A stretch of 64,000 nucleotides of DNA from Myxococcota bacterium (lineage in GTDB: Bacteria; Myxococcota_A; SURF-8): positions 512,001-576,000 of the forward strand of contig CAXXQS010000001.1 of the NCBI GenBank assembly GCA_963674735.2, given 5' to 3'. The notes under the pieces were generated by a model. It had not been told where the DNA came from. It searched no databases and saw only the letters and a list, made by a program, of their open reading frames with translations. The position numbers were made by a program, and so were the translations under genes. This document shows, piece by piece, positions 1 to 8,980 of the stretch; positions within the stretch are counted from its first letter, which is position 1, and the number at the start of each line of letters is the position of its first letter.

Positions 1-346
1 TAGTTGAATTGAGCTTACCACACACTTAGCCGGAAAGATAACGCCCGGCGATACTCCGTGACTTCGTCATCGTCGCTGATGCCGTCCTCGTTTGTGATAC
101 TACACTTGTCGTCCGGCTCCATTATTGGAAGCATCAGGTCATAGAGGACTTGGATATTTTGCTTGAAGTGCCTATTCGAATAAATTATAGTCGAGATAAC
201 AATGTACAAACAGCAGTGGTCATCATCGACATATCTATGTGAGATTAAATCATTTCATGGAGACGTGTATGCTGAAACTTAGTACGAAAAAAACCTTGGG
301 TATCTGGGTGGCCATTTCATTATTGATACTGAGCGCTTGCTCTTCC

Positions 347-1550
347 GGTGCTTCACTGATTAAGTGTTGTTAATGTACTCCAACCCATTCTGCCGGTCAA
401 TTTTTTCCGCTGAATCTCGCGCCGAATCAGCATCCAAATAATCAGGCATAAAAAGAGAACTTCACTGCTCGTGAAAATGTCCCGGAAGCTCAACTTCTTC
501 GAGACTATTCCGGCTTGCATCGCCGGTGTCCTGATCTCTTTACCAAACTTCAATGCCAGATGTGGACGGATGAAATTGTAATGGCACATCAGCAAGGCCA
601 TATGGCCGTCGAGGTATTCCGGATTCCTGGCATGGCACGCGGTTCGGCGGCCCAAATACGAACTTCCCTGGCGAATCGTCAGGTTATGTCGCTCAACAAA
701 CGACGTGTTGATGGTCCAGGAATCCTCGGAATTCAGCAAGGCTTCTTCAAGCTGTTCCTGCGTTCCGGAAATCAGTTTCCGAGTCACTTGGGTCACACGG
801 TTCTTGCGCCGTTTCTTGATCACCTGAGCGTAGACACAAACCAGAGAAAGCTTGGACGCCGCCACCCAGGCGTAGGGCTCGAAACCATCAGTGGTAAACA
901 GGAAGCGACCGTTGAATTTACCACGTGCAATCGCTGTCTCGATGACCTCCTTCACGTTACGGTAGCTGCGCCGCCCAACAACGTAGGACACCCACAGCCG
1001 CGACCAGACCTCAAGTAGGGTGAGAATCCATATAGGCCTCAATTTCGTGTCCACGAAGCTTCGAATCTCATCGGCCTGGAACTCGATCAAGTCAAAGCCT
1101 TCAAGCCTTTTGTCATTGAAGCGCCGGGATTGTTCTGCTGCCGACTCCCTCCAGCGCGCTACTGTGTCCGGAGCAAGTTTCTTGATCCTCGCTGTTGCCG
1201 AAATGCCAACGCCCTCCACGGCCATCGTGGCTACCTCGTCGAAAGAGGATCTTGCTTTGTGCAATCGGTAATACGGTGTACCAGCCGTTGAGGCGAAGGT
1301 CTTCTTGCAAGCCTTGCAAAGATAACGACGTCGTCGACCCTGGCTGGTTTTGTAGAACAAATGGCGGATGATATTGTCGTTTCCGAACGTGCCACGCAGT
1401 GGACAATCCGGGTTCATGCAGCAGCGATCTTTTACAGGCTTACGCTTCATCAAACATGTCTCCAGCGTTGACAATCGGAGAATTGCTTGTAAGATTCATA
1501 GCCTGGATGGATAATAAGGGCAAGTAACAACACTTGGGTAGGGAAGCACC
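347..1550 (-). mobile_element. IS1-family insertion sequence (~1.2 kb)
   Basis: Imperfect 26-bp terminal inverted repeats GGTGCTTCACTGATTAAGTGTTGTTA (347-372) and GGTGCTTCCCTACCCAAGTGTTGTTA (reverse complement of 1525-1550) enclose the transposase. No target-site duplication is visible. Confidence 0.75.
353..1474 (-). CDS. IS1-family transposase (Zn-ribbon + HTH + DDE in one ORF)
   Basis: CMNPDC...CKAC Zn finger; QADE, TTDG, VERHN and YNFIRPH...TPAMQAG motifs. Confidence 0.8.
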   Translation of the reverse strand: MSTLETCLMKRKPVKDRCCMNPDCPLRGTFGNDNIIRHLFYKTSQGRRRRYLCKACKKTFASTAGTPYYRLHKARSSFDEVATMAVEGVGISATARIKKLAPDTVARWRESAAEQSRRFNDKRLEGFDLIEFQADEIRSFVDTKLRPIWILTLLEVWSRLWVSYVVGRRSYRNVKEVIETAIARGKFNGRFLFTTDGFEPYAWVAASKLSLVCVYAQVIKKRRKNRVTQVTRKLISGTQEQLEEALLNSEDSWTINTSFVERHNLTIRQGSSYLGRRTACHARNPEYLDGHMALLMCHYNFIRPHLALKFGKEIRTPAMQAGIVSKKLSFRDIFTSSEVLFLCLIIWMLIRREIQRKKLTGRMGWSTLTTLNQ

Positions 1551-1599
1551 AGAATTGCGGCACGTACGCAAGATCCAATTCCGCCAGTGTCCAGATGTC

Positions 1600-1787
1600 A
1601 TACTCCGGGTCGATGGCTGTAAAAAGGACGTTGATGCGCCAGCCCTCTCTTCTACATTGTAGGGTATCCCGCAGGCTTCATACGAAGCGTCTTCCCCATT
1701 CTCAAGCGCCACCACCTTGAAATCGGGACGATGACGCTTGGCCTGGCTGGCGGCGGACATACCCGCCGCTACGCCGCCGATTACCAC
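1600..1787 (-). pseudogene. N-terminal remnant of a CoA-disulfide reductase / NADH oxidase family flavoprotein
   Basis: VIGGVAAGMSAASQAKR FAD-binding motif and SYEACGIPY redox-Cys motif; similarity is lost just before the IS1 element. Left boundary approximate. Confidence 0.65.
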
Positions 1788-1933
1788 AAGTCTTCCACTC
1801 TCTTCGGGATGGCCTCAGGCCTCATCGTCATCGTATCCCTCCTTTGCCATCCTTTTCTGCCCGCGAGATCCCTAAAATGTTGAGAGCAATTATTTATACT
1901 CGTTAAGACATTTGTCCCTGATCCACGAGTATG

Positions 1934-4900
1934 CTATTTCGCACCCGGCAACGTGTAATGATGGAAGCGACCGCCCCGTTCTGCCGGATCGCCCTTGTAT
2001 CCCATCGCCTCGAAATCCGAGCGCTTGAGTTTGGCCTTGCTTTCCGGATAGCGAGGGCCGATGAGATGGGCGCTGTCGAAGCCGGGTTCCTGGCCATGGC
2101 AGCGCGAACACGTCACCGCCTGCGACTGATGACAATCGGCGCAGTGCAGCGCCTGCTCGGCTGGAACCACTTCGTGGTTGATCGCCCAGAACATATCCGC
2201 CTTGCCGAATCCGACCTTGCCGGAGAAAGGCTCACCGTATAGCTCCATGCCCTCAGCCAGACTTTTTTGCCAGTCGAAGTCCTTCCAGAATCCCATCCAC
2301 AGATTCGGTACGGCGAACACTTTCCGGTCGGCATCCATCGGGATCACGGCCGAATAGCATTTGAATGGATACAACTTCGCCTGTGGATCTGCCACCGAGC
2401 CGACCGGAGCGTTCAACAGCGTCGGTTCGTCCGGGTTTTCGACGACATCACCCAGCAGGTAACGGGTGTGGGTGCCACCGTACCAAGTGATACAGGGATC
2501 GACGAACATTCCCCATCGGAAATGACCCTTTTTGTTATCGTAGGACGGCATACCATACTCGTCCTTTTCAACCGGCAGATCTTTGCCCGCCGTAGACCAG
2601 TCCCAGAATACCTTGGTCGGCGTTTTCTTCGCGAAGTTCGGAATGTGACAGGTCTGGCAGGCAATGCTTCGGCCGTGCTTGTCGAGATGATATCCGATCT
2701 CATGATTCATAGTGTGCGGCGTACTACCGTGGCATTGTTCGCAACTTACCCGGCCCTCGCTTGCGGGAATGGCGAGACATTGACCGGCAATGCGGTGTTC
2801 TTTCGTCTGATGGCAATCCTGGCAGTCCATTCCGGCCCGTCCCATGTGTACGTCGAAATCGTCCGGCGGGTCCGCAAGCGCGGGCTCCAGATCTCCGTGC
2901 TTGACGTTCGGGCCTCCGCCTCCGTTGAAATGGCACTTTCCGCAGGTCTGTCGGGACGTTTTTCCGACGTGCTGCGCTACCTGGACGGTGTTGACTTCCT
3001 GCTTCGGCATACCGCCATTGGGGGCATCCTTGGCATACGTGCCGGTCGTATCGTGGCAGACCAGGCAATCGATATTGGTTGGATCGTTGAAATCGAATGT
3101 ATCATCCTTCCAGCCGTAACCGATGTGGCACTGGGAGCAGCGGGCCTCGTTCGAACGCACGTGAATACAGTAATTGTTGAGGACGTTCTTCTTTCCAAGA
3201 TCCGTCCGATGCTCGTAACCTTCGGTGTTCGGAGACGGTCCTTCCCATTTCCAGTGTACGGATGTGAGGATATCCTTCCCGACATGCTCGTGGCATTCGA
3301 GGCATCGGGCGGTGATTTCCTGCGGCTCCGGCTTCCCGGCGAAATGAATGAAGACATCGTGATTCGGGGTGCGTTTGGCATGACAACCGGTGCAATCGGT
3401 GGGAGCATTCGCGGAAGATTCCTTTTCGTGACAGCCGATACATTGCGCATGATAGGCACCCTTCAACCCCGGTCGCGTGGGGGCGTCCGCTTCGTTTGGA
3501 TACTGGTGACAGGCTACGCAGGATGCGGGCTTGCGCTTGTCCATGTCGGTGAAGTCGAGTTCTTCGCCTATGCGATCGTCCGAATTGCTTTGAACCCTGT
3601 GGTGACAGACGCTGCAATTTCCATCCAGACGCGAGGCATGCGCCTTGTGCATGAAACGCACCGGATCGTAATCGTTGATACTTTCATTCGTCTGGCGACG
3701 GTCGATCAGAAGACTTTTCGGCATCGTCTCCGCCGAGAAGGAAAGCGGCTCTGGAATTGCGATGGGGTCCGGGCGCATGTCGGGAGTCGAAGCGGCTTCT
3801 GCGTACACGGTTCGCCCAGATCCGACGACGGATGTCTTGATTCCGTATTCGTGAGCCACGACGTATAGAATCACGAAAGAAAGCATGAGCAGAACGGCGA
3901 GTCCGCGCGCTATCCAGGCCAGCACGGGCGCACGTCGCCGACGGGTCTCGCATTCTTCCTCGCGTACGGCAAACTCCTTTTGATCGAAAACGGGGAAATA
4001 ATAGGCGAAGAATCGATACAACAGAACGATGGTTGCTACAAGCCCAATCGTGACTGCGATTTCACCGATGGATGGAAAGTAACCAGCCTCGCCGAAGGGG
4101 GGATGGAACCCTACGATGAATACGTTGATACGGTTTAAGAGAACGCCCAGGATGATCGCCGTCACGGCGATGAACAACCAGAATGGCGAGCGCCGCACGG
4201 ATTTTTGCAACAGCATGACAAAGGGTATCAAAACGCCGATGCCGATTTCGACGAACAGGGCGGCGGTATCGGATGGATGCGCATAGAAGTCGAGTTGTTC
4301 CCATCGCAGGATCAGATCTCCGGTCTTGACCAAGGCATACACGCCGACGAACCATGGAATCATACGTGACAAGGGAGTCAGAAGTTCCATTTCCGGTTTG
4401 CGACCGAAGGATTTGGCGGCGATGATCGATTCGAAAATGACCATGGGAAAGCCAACCATGATGGCCGACAAAAGGAAGAGGATCGGCAGGATCGGCGTCC
4501 ACCACAGGCTGCTCAATTTCGTAGGAGCGATCAACATCAACGAGCCGAGCGAGGACTGGTGCATGAACGACAAAACGACACCGGCGATGATGAAAAGCGG
4601 CAAGACGCGGCAAATCATAAGATGGAGGATCTGTAGCGGTTTTTGAAATCCCTGAGCGAAGCGACCGAGAAAACTTTTCTCCCCGGCGCGCTTGATGATC
4701 CCTTCCAGAATGGTCGGCGAAAATTCGACGGTCAGTACGGTGATATAGAACATCACGCACATGCCGACCTCGAAAAGCACGGAGTTGCCCTGCCAGTATA
4801 TCGCCGGATGCCAGATGTTGTAGTAGCGGCCCAGGTCGAACATCAACCCGACGCCGACGAAGGTATAGCCCAGCCAAGCCGTCAAGAGCGCCGGTCGTTC

Positions 4901-5152
4901 GAGGGCATGGTATTTTTTCCGTCCGAAGATATTGATCAGCGCCGCCGTTGTGAAGCCTCCGGCGGCCAGAGCGACACCCGATGCTACATCGATGCCGATC
5001 CAGATGCCCCACGGGTACTGGTCGGACAGGTTGGTGACGGGACCGAGGCCGGTAATGAGACGCGCCAACCCGAACAGGTATCCCACGGCCATGACGGCCA
5101 GCAAAACAAACGCACCCGGCGTCCAGAATCGAAGCGTTTTTATATTCTGCAT
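1934..5152 (-). CDS. Fusion of NrfD/HybB(HmcC)-type membrane quinol-oxidising subunit, tetraheme cytochrome c3 and octaheme tetrathionate-reductase-like cytochrome c (13 CxxCH)
   Basis: N-terminal YPWGIWIGIDV...DLGRYYNIW...HQSSLG (NrfD/HybB); MHKAH/CxxCHH/AYHxxCxxCH (c3); HWKW...NNYC...CGKCHFNGGG...WDWSTAG (OTR). Confidence 0.85.
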   Translation of the reverse strand: MQNIKTLRFWTPGAFVLLAVMAVGYLFGLARLITGLGPVTNLSDQYPWGIWIGIDVASGVALAAGGFTTAALINIFGRKKYHALERPALLTAWLGYTFVGVGLMFDLGRYYNIWHPAIYWQGNSVLFEVGMCVMFYITVLTVEFSPTILEGIIKRAGEKSFLGRFAQGFQKPLQILHLMICRVLPLFIIAGVVLSFMHQSSLGSLMLIAPTKLSSLWWTPILPILFLLSAIMVGFPMVIFESIIAAKSFGRKPEMELLTPLSRMIPWFVGVYALVKTGDLILRWEQLDFYAHPSDTAALFVEIGIGVLIPFVMLLQKSVRRSPFWLFIAVTAIILGVLLNRINVFIVGFHPPFGEAGYFPSIGEIAVTIGLVATIVLLYRFFAYYFPVFDQKEFAVREEECETRRRRAPVLAWIARGLAVLLMLSFVILYVVAHEYGIKTSVVGSGRTVYAEAASTPDMRPDPIAIPEPLSFSAETMPKSLLIDRRQTNESINDYDPVRFMHKAHASRLDGNCSVCHHRVQSNSDDRIGEELDFTDMDKRKPASCVACHQYPNEADAPTRPGLKGAYHAQCIGCHEKESSANAPTDCTGCHAKRTPNHDVFIHFAGKPEPQEITARCLECHEHVGKDILTSVHWKWEGPSPNTEGYEHRTDLGKKNVLNNYCIHVRSNEARCSQCHIGYGWKDDTFDFNDPTNIDCLVCHDTTGTYAKDAPNGGMPKQEVNTVQVAQHVGKTSRQTCGKCHFNGGGGPNVKHGDLEPALADPPDDFDVHMGRAGMDCQDCHQTKEHRIAGQCLAIPASEGRVSCEQCHGSTPHTMNHEIGYHLDKHGRSIACQTCHIPNFAKKTPTKVFWDWSTAGKDLPVEKDEYGMPSYDNKKGHFRWGMFVDPCITWYGGTHTRYLLGDVVENPDEPTLLNAPVGSVADPQAKLYPFKCYSAVIPMDADRKVFAVPNLWMGFWKDFDWQKSLAEGMELYGEPFSGKVGFGKADMFWAINHEVVPAEQALHCADCHQSQAVTCSRCHGQEPGFDSAHLIGPRYPESKAKLKRSDFEAMGYKGDPAERGGRFHHYTLPGAK

Positions 5153-5189
5153 GATCGTTTACTCTTCATGTGTTCGTTTAGGCGTAGGC

Positions 5190-6140
5190 TTATTGCTCGT
5201 TGTCCGATTCAGAAGAAGCCTTGTGGCTTTTCCGATTGCTCATCCACATCACGCCTGCCAGACTTCCGTAAAAAATGAGCGGGATAGCGCCGTAGTTGAA
5301 GATACCGTGTTGAATGGACTCGGACAGCCGGGGCGGGGCCACTTCGGGTAGACGAGGAAGATCGAGTTCTTCGGCCGGTCGACCGGTGAGATACAGCCAA
5401 CTCGTACCGCCGACTTCCTTTTCGCCGTAGATGTGATCTTCATAGCGGTCGGATTCGGCTTCGATTCGCGTGCGCCCCAATTGGAGCAGTTCAGATCGTT
5501 TGCCGAACACGATGGCTTCCATCGGGCATGCAGCTGCACAGGCCGGCGAAGCGCCCGTCTTTTGCTGCTCGTCCACGCAGTACGTGCATTTCATAACCCG
5601 CGGCACGGTGGGATTGTTGTATTCATAGGCCGGAATTTCGAACGGACAGGCCACCATGCAGTAGCGACAACCGATGCATTTGTCCGCATCATACATCACC
5701 GGGCCGGTTTTCGATTTGGTCAAAGCTCCAACAATGCAGGCGGATACGCAGGCCGGATCCAGGCAATGCATGCACTGAACCTTGATATTGGTCCGATCGC
5801 GATCCTGCTGGACCGGCGAGGGTTTCCCCGGATAACTGTTCACGACCGTGAAGCGAGTTGCATCCGGCCGGCGGCGCTCGCGCAACACCCAAAGATCGTC
5901 AAACAGCTTGTCGGGCATGGGCAACCGGTTCGCCCGGTTACAGGCTTCCTCGCACTTGCGGCAACCGATACATTTCGTGGTATCGACTAGGCAGCCGACA
6001 TGGTCAGGATCAGGTGCTCTCGACTCATCGGCTTGCGCCGATCGTGATGGCAGACTCGCCGCAACCGTCGCCCCGGTGACTTTCAGAAATGTCCTCCGAT
6101 TCATTCCCATCGCATTCTCCGCTTCAGTTCTCGATTTCAC
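5190..6140 (-). CDS. TAT-exported 4Fe-4S ferredoxin subunit (HybA/HmcB-like) with C-terminal membrane anchor
   Basis: NRRTFLK twin-arginine signal; CIGCRKCEEAC, CMHCLDPACVSAC, CIGCRYCMVACP and CTYC...CAAACP motifs. Confidence 0.9.
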   Translation of the reverse strand: MKSRTEAENAMGMNRRTFLKVTGATVAASLPSRSAQADESRAPDPDHVGCLVDTTKCIGCRKCEEACNRANRLPMPDKLFDDLWVLRERRRPDATRFTVVNSYPGKPSPVQQDRDRTNIKVQCMHCLDPACVSACIVGALTKSKTGPVMYDADKCIGCRYCMVACPFEIPAYEYNNPTVPRVMKCTYCVDEQQKTGASPACAAACPMEAIVFGKRSELLQLGRTRIEAESDRYEDHIYGEKEVGGTSWLYLTGRPAEELDLPRLPEVAPPRLSESIQHGIFNYGAIPLIFYGSLAGVMWMSNRKSHKASSESDNEQ

Positions 6141-6493
6141 ATGGATTGTGGGGCGAAAGCGGCCTGATTTCTGCTATACAACTGCTCCAGCAGGCCTTCC
6201 CTGATCTTCAAGCATCCCTGAACGAACTTGTCGTTCGAAATGCGGTATAGAATGGTTTTTCCCTCACGGCGATACGTCACGGCGCCGCGGTCGTACATCA
6301 TGCGCAGATGCTGGGAGGTATTCGACAGCGTGAGTCCGAGTTCGTCCGCCAGATCGCCGACGGACCGTTCCCCACCCTGTAGTGACCACATGATGCGCAA
6401 GCGCTTGGGATCGCTGAAGACTTTGCAGAATTCCGCGTGAAGATCGAAGATGTCGTGGGTGGCCAGTTCATCTGTTTGTTTGCGGTCGCCCAT
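6137..6493 (-). CDS. ArsR/SmtB-family transcriptional regulator
   Basis: FSDPKRLRIM...SVGDLA...SQHLRMM...RREGKTILY winged HTH; first gene of the operon. Confidence 0.9.
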   Translation of the reverse strand: MGDRKQTDELATHDIFDLHAEFCKVFSDPKRLRIMWSLQGGERSVGDLADELGLTLSNTSQHLRMMYDRGAVTYRREGKTILYRISNDKFVQGCLKIREGLLEQLYSRNQAAFAPQSM

Positions 6494-6541
6494 GGTTCAC
6501 ATCCTTTTCCAAGAGAAAACGAAGCAATAACGGTCCTACAA

Positions 6542-6566
6542 TCGCACGATCATGCGAGTGTGTCAA
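6542..6566 (-). promoter_or_regulatory. Putative ArsR operator overlapping the operon promoter
   Basis: Imperfect palindrome TCGCACGATCATGCGA (6542-6557) next to a minus-strand TTGACA (6561-6566). Confidence 0.4.
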
Positions 6567-6599
6567 TATCATTTTTCCCGACCGACGCTTTTTTAAGCC

Positions 6600-7965
6600 T
6601 GTGGTTCGCCATAAACCAGTAAGCCAACAATATCTGCTACTTGACGGTTTTTCAAAATTGTGCGTCAATGCTGCGTCATGATGCTGAAACCACTATTTTC
6701 AAGAATAAAAGCGGCCTTCCAAACGATCCGATCTCTCTTTCGGTCTCGTGAAGATCTGGCACTGGAGAATCTGGCTCTTCGTCAGCAGGTTGCCGTGCTG
6801 AAAAGAGAAAATCCAAAGCCGAAGATCCGCTGGTTTGACCGGGCTTTCTGGGTAGGATTACGGAGTTTCTGGTTGAATTGGATCAATGCTCTCATTATCG
6901 TGAAGCCGGAAACCGTGGTCGGCTGGCATAAACAAGGCTACAAACTCTATTGGAATGCCATTTCAAAAAGGGGAAAGCGAAGAGGAAGACCTTGCAAGGA
7001 AAAGGAAATCCGCGATTTGATCCGTAAGATGGCCATGGAGAATAACTGGCGTGCGCCGAAAATACATGCTGAGTTGCTCAAGCTTGGCTTCGATGTCTCC
7101 GAGCGAACGGTTTCACGTCACTTGCCGAGGCGAGAATCGAATCCAGATAACATCGCCAAATGGAAAGCGTTCTGGGAAAACCACAAGAACGAAATCGCCG
7201 CGATGGACTTCTTCACCGTTCCCAACGTAACGTTCAGGCAACTTTACGGATTCTTCATCATTCGCCACGAACGCCGGCAGATCGTTCATTTTGCAGCAAC
7301 CTATCATCCGACCGCCATGTGGGTCGCACAGCAGCTGCGAAACGCTTTTCCGTACGACACCGCACCGAAATATTTGATCTTCGACCGGGATTCGATCTTC
7401 AGTAAATACGTCGTGCATGTCATCAAATCGTTTGGCATCAAACCTGTTCGTACGTCCTACCGCAGCCCCTGGCAGAACGGCATCGCCGAACGCTGGGTGG
7501 GAAATTGCCGGAGAGAATTGCTGGACCATGTGATCGTGTTCAGCGATAGGCATTTACACCAATTGCTGAAAAGCTATGTTGCGTATTACAACAAAGACCG
7601 TTGTCATTGCAGCCTTGGCAAAGATGCGCCTGAGCATCGATTGGTTCAGAACAGGCCGGAAGGAAAAGCCAAGGTGATCGCGATTCCGCGTGTCGGCGGA
7701 TTGCATCATCGCTATGAATGGCGACATGCTGCGTAAGCAACAGGTTGTTGCGGAAACTCGACCTGGAGAAAAAGGATTGATGGATTCGTGTGTCGTTGGC
7801 TGTAGAAATTGCAAAACCCTGCCGCGATTCAGGCGGATTCCCGGCGTCCACAGATGACCGGATGCCCTGTTTTTGATTTTTCAAAGAGCTCGAATCCATG
7901 AAATGGAGATGTCAGATCGCAAAACAATCCGAAAATATCCTGCTTTTTATTTTTGACGAGCGACA
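6600..7965 (+). mobile_element. Insertion sequence with rve integrase-core transposase (IS3/IS481-like)
   Basis: Ends TGTGGTTCGCCATAAA (6600) and TTTTTGACGAGCGACA (to 7965) form an imperfect inverted repeat; the right end abuts the island att site. Confidence 0.7.
6660..7736 (+). CDS. Transposase, integrase core (DDE) domain
   Basis: AMDFFTV, IFDRDSIF, SPWQNGIAERWVG and GGLHHRY motifs. Confidence 0.88.
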   Translation: MRQCCVMMLKPLFSRIKAAFQTIRSLFRSREDLALENLALRQQVAVLKRENPKPKIRWFDRAFWVGLRSFWLNWINALIIVKPETVVGWHKQGYKLYWNAISKRGKRRGRPCKEKEIRDLIRKMAMENNWRAPKIHAELLKLGFDVSERTVSRHLPRRESNPDNIAKWKAFWENHKNEIAAMDFFTVPNVTFRQLYGFFIIRHERRQIVHFAATYHPTAMWVAQQLRNAFPYDTAPKYLIFDRDSIFSKYVVHVIKSFGIKPVRTSYRSPWQNGIAERWVGNCRRELLDHVIVFSDRHLHQLLKSYVAYYNKDRCHCSLGKDAPEHRLVQNRPEGKAKVIAIPRVGGLHHRYEWRHAA

Positions 7966-7987
7966 GGAGGCGGGGGGAATCGAACCC
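7966..7987 (-). repeat. att site (left), fragment of tmRNA/tRNA 3' end
   Basis: Reverse complement is GGGTTCGATTCCCCCCGCCTCC (T-arm plus acceptor strand). Confidence 0.75.
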
Positions 7988-8116
7988 TTACCACCATAAA
8001 ATCAAAATCCAAGCGAAATCGCGATCTTGCACCTTATCCGTTTGATATTGCTCACGTTCTTAGATCCGTTAAGACCCGTCTCGTTCCGTTATGTGCCGCC
8101 TCGTGGTGCAGAGTTA

Positions 8117-8135
8117 CGGCACAATAGCGGCACAA
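8117..8135 (+). repeat. Integrase arm-type binding repeat (CGGCACAA x2)
   Basis: Identical to 63436-63454; near-copy at 8855-8873. Confidence 0.7.
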
Positions 8136-8156
8136 TTTTACGACAGAAAGAGGAGT

Positions 8157-8453
8157 TCAATCTTGCTCGTTTTCCACACGAAATTGGCGATGACCTTCGA
8201 AAATCGTAACTACGATGATCTGGCCTTTTTCCAACCGATAAACGATTCGATAATTTCCTTCAATCACTTCCCGTAGACTTTCGTCGCCTGCCTCAGGGAC
8301 AATTCTTCCAAGCCGAGAATGTTTTTTCAATGTCGCTGCACGCTTCCAAAGGCGAGATACGAAGCGAGTAGCCGCCCTAGGGTCGTCCTCACCTATATAT
8401 TCGCCGATACGTTCCAATTCGTTCAACGCCTTGCCAGACCAGATGAGTTTCAT
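8157..8453 (-). CDS. RelE/ParE-family toxin
   Basis: MKLIWSGKALNEL...YIGEDDPRAA...GRIVPE...REVIEGNYRIVY. Confidence 0.9.
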   Translation of the reverse strand: MKLIWSGKALNELERIGEYIGEDDPRAATRFVSRLWKRAATLKKHSRLGRIVPEAGDESLREVIEGNYRIVYRLEKGQIIVVTIFEGHRQFRVENEQD

Positions 8454-8740
8454 GATTCGAGCGGACCGAATCGTTTCTCAAGTCTCTCCTTTGCCTCTTT
8501 TTCGCTTAAAACCCGTCCGGCCGCGACATCGGCCAGTCCGGCCTCAACCGAGGCGATGAAATGATCCCGCTCCATCATCCGGTCGTATTCATCGGGTGAA
8601 ACAACGACACCGACAGGTGAGCCATTTTGAGTGACGATGACAGGGCGTTTTTCCTCGCGTACACGGCGAAAAAGTCTGGAGGCGTGTTTTTTGAATTCCC
8701 CAATTGGGAAAATATCCTCGGATATGAGTGGGGTTCGCAT
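8450..8740 (-). CDS. Phd/YefM-family antitoxin
   Basis: PIGEFKKHASRLF...PVIVTQNGSPVGVVVSPDEY; overlaps the toxin start by 4 bp. Confidence 0.9.
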   Translation of the reverse strand: MRTPLISEDIFPIGEFKKHASRLFRRVREEKRPVIVTQNGSPVGVVVSPDEYDRMMERDHFIASVEAGLADVAAGRVLSEKEAKERLEKRFGPLES

Positions 8741-8777
8741 GATCAGCTATCCTTTCCAAACTCTTAATACAAAGCTA

Positions 8778-8806
8778 AATATAGATCATAATACCACTGT
8801 TGTCAA
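8778..8806 (-). promoter_or_regulatory. Sigma70-type promoter of the TA operon
   Basis: Minus strand TTGACA-17 bp-TATATT. Confidence 0.55.
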
Positions 8807-8980
8807 CAGGCTTAAATACAGGAGTGGTTGGTCCGCTAAACGTATGCAATTCAACGGCACAATGGCGGCACATCATGGATCTAGTCTATGCGTGACGACG
8901 ATCCGGATACGTGGGGCGACGGAAGGGGCATAAGTGAGCACTTCCGCGATGGCACGGGCACGCACTGGGGCACGAAGACT

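Noticed and set aside
15-209. 64-aa ORF at the window edge
   Set aside because: No motif; probably a fragment truncated by the IS1 element
2267-3868. 533-aa plus-strand ORF and other long antisense ORFs (e.g. 59307-60212)
   Set aside because: Shadow frames of well-supported GC-rich genes
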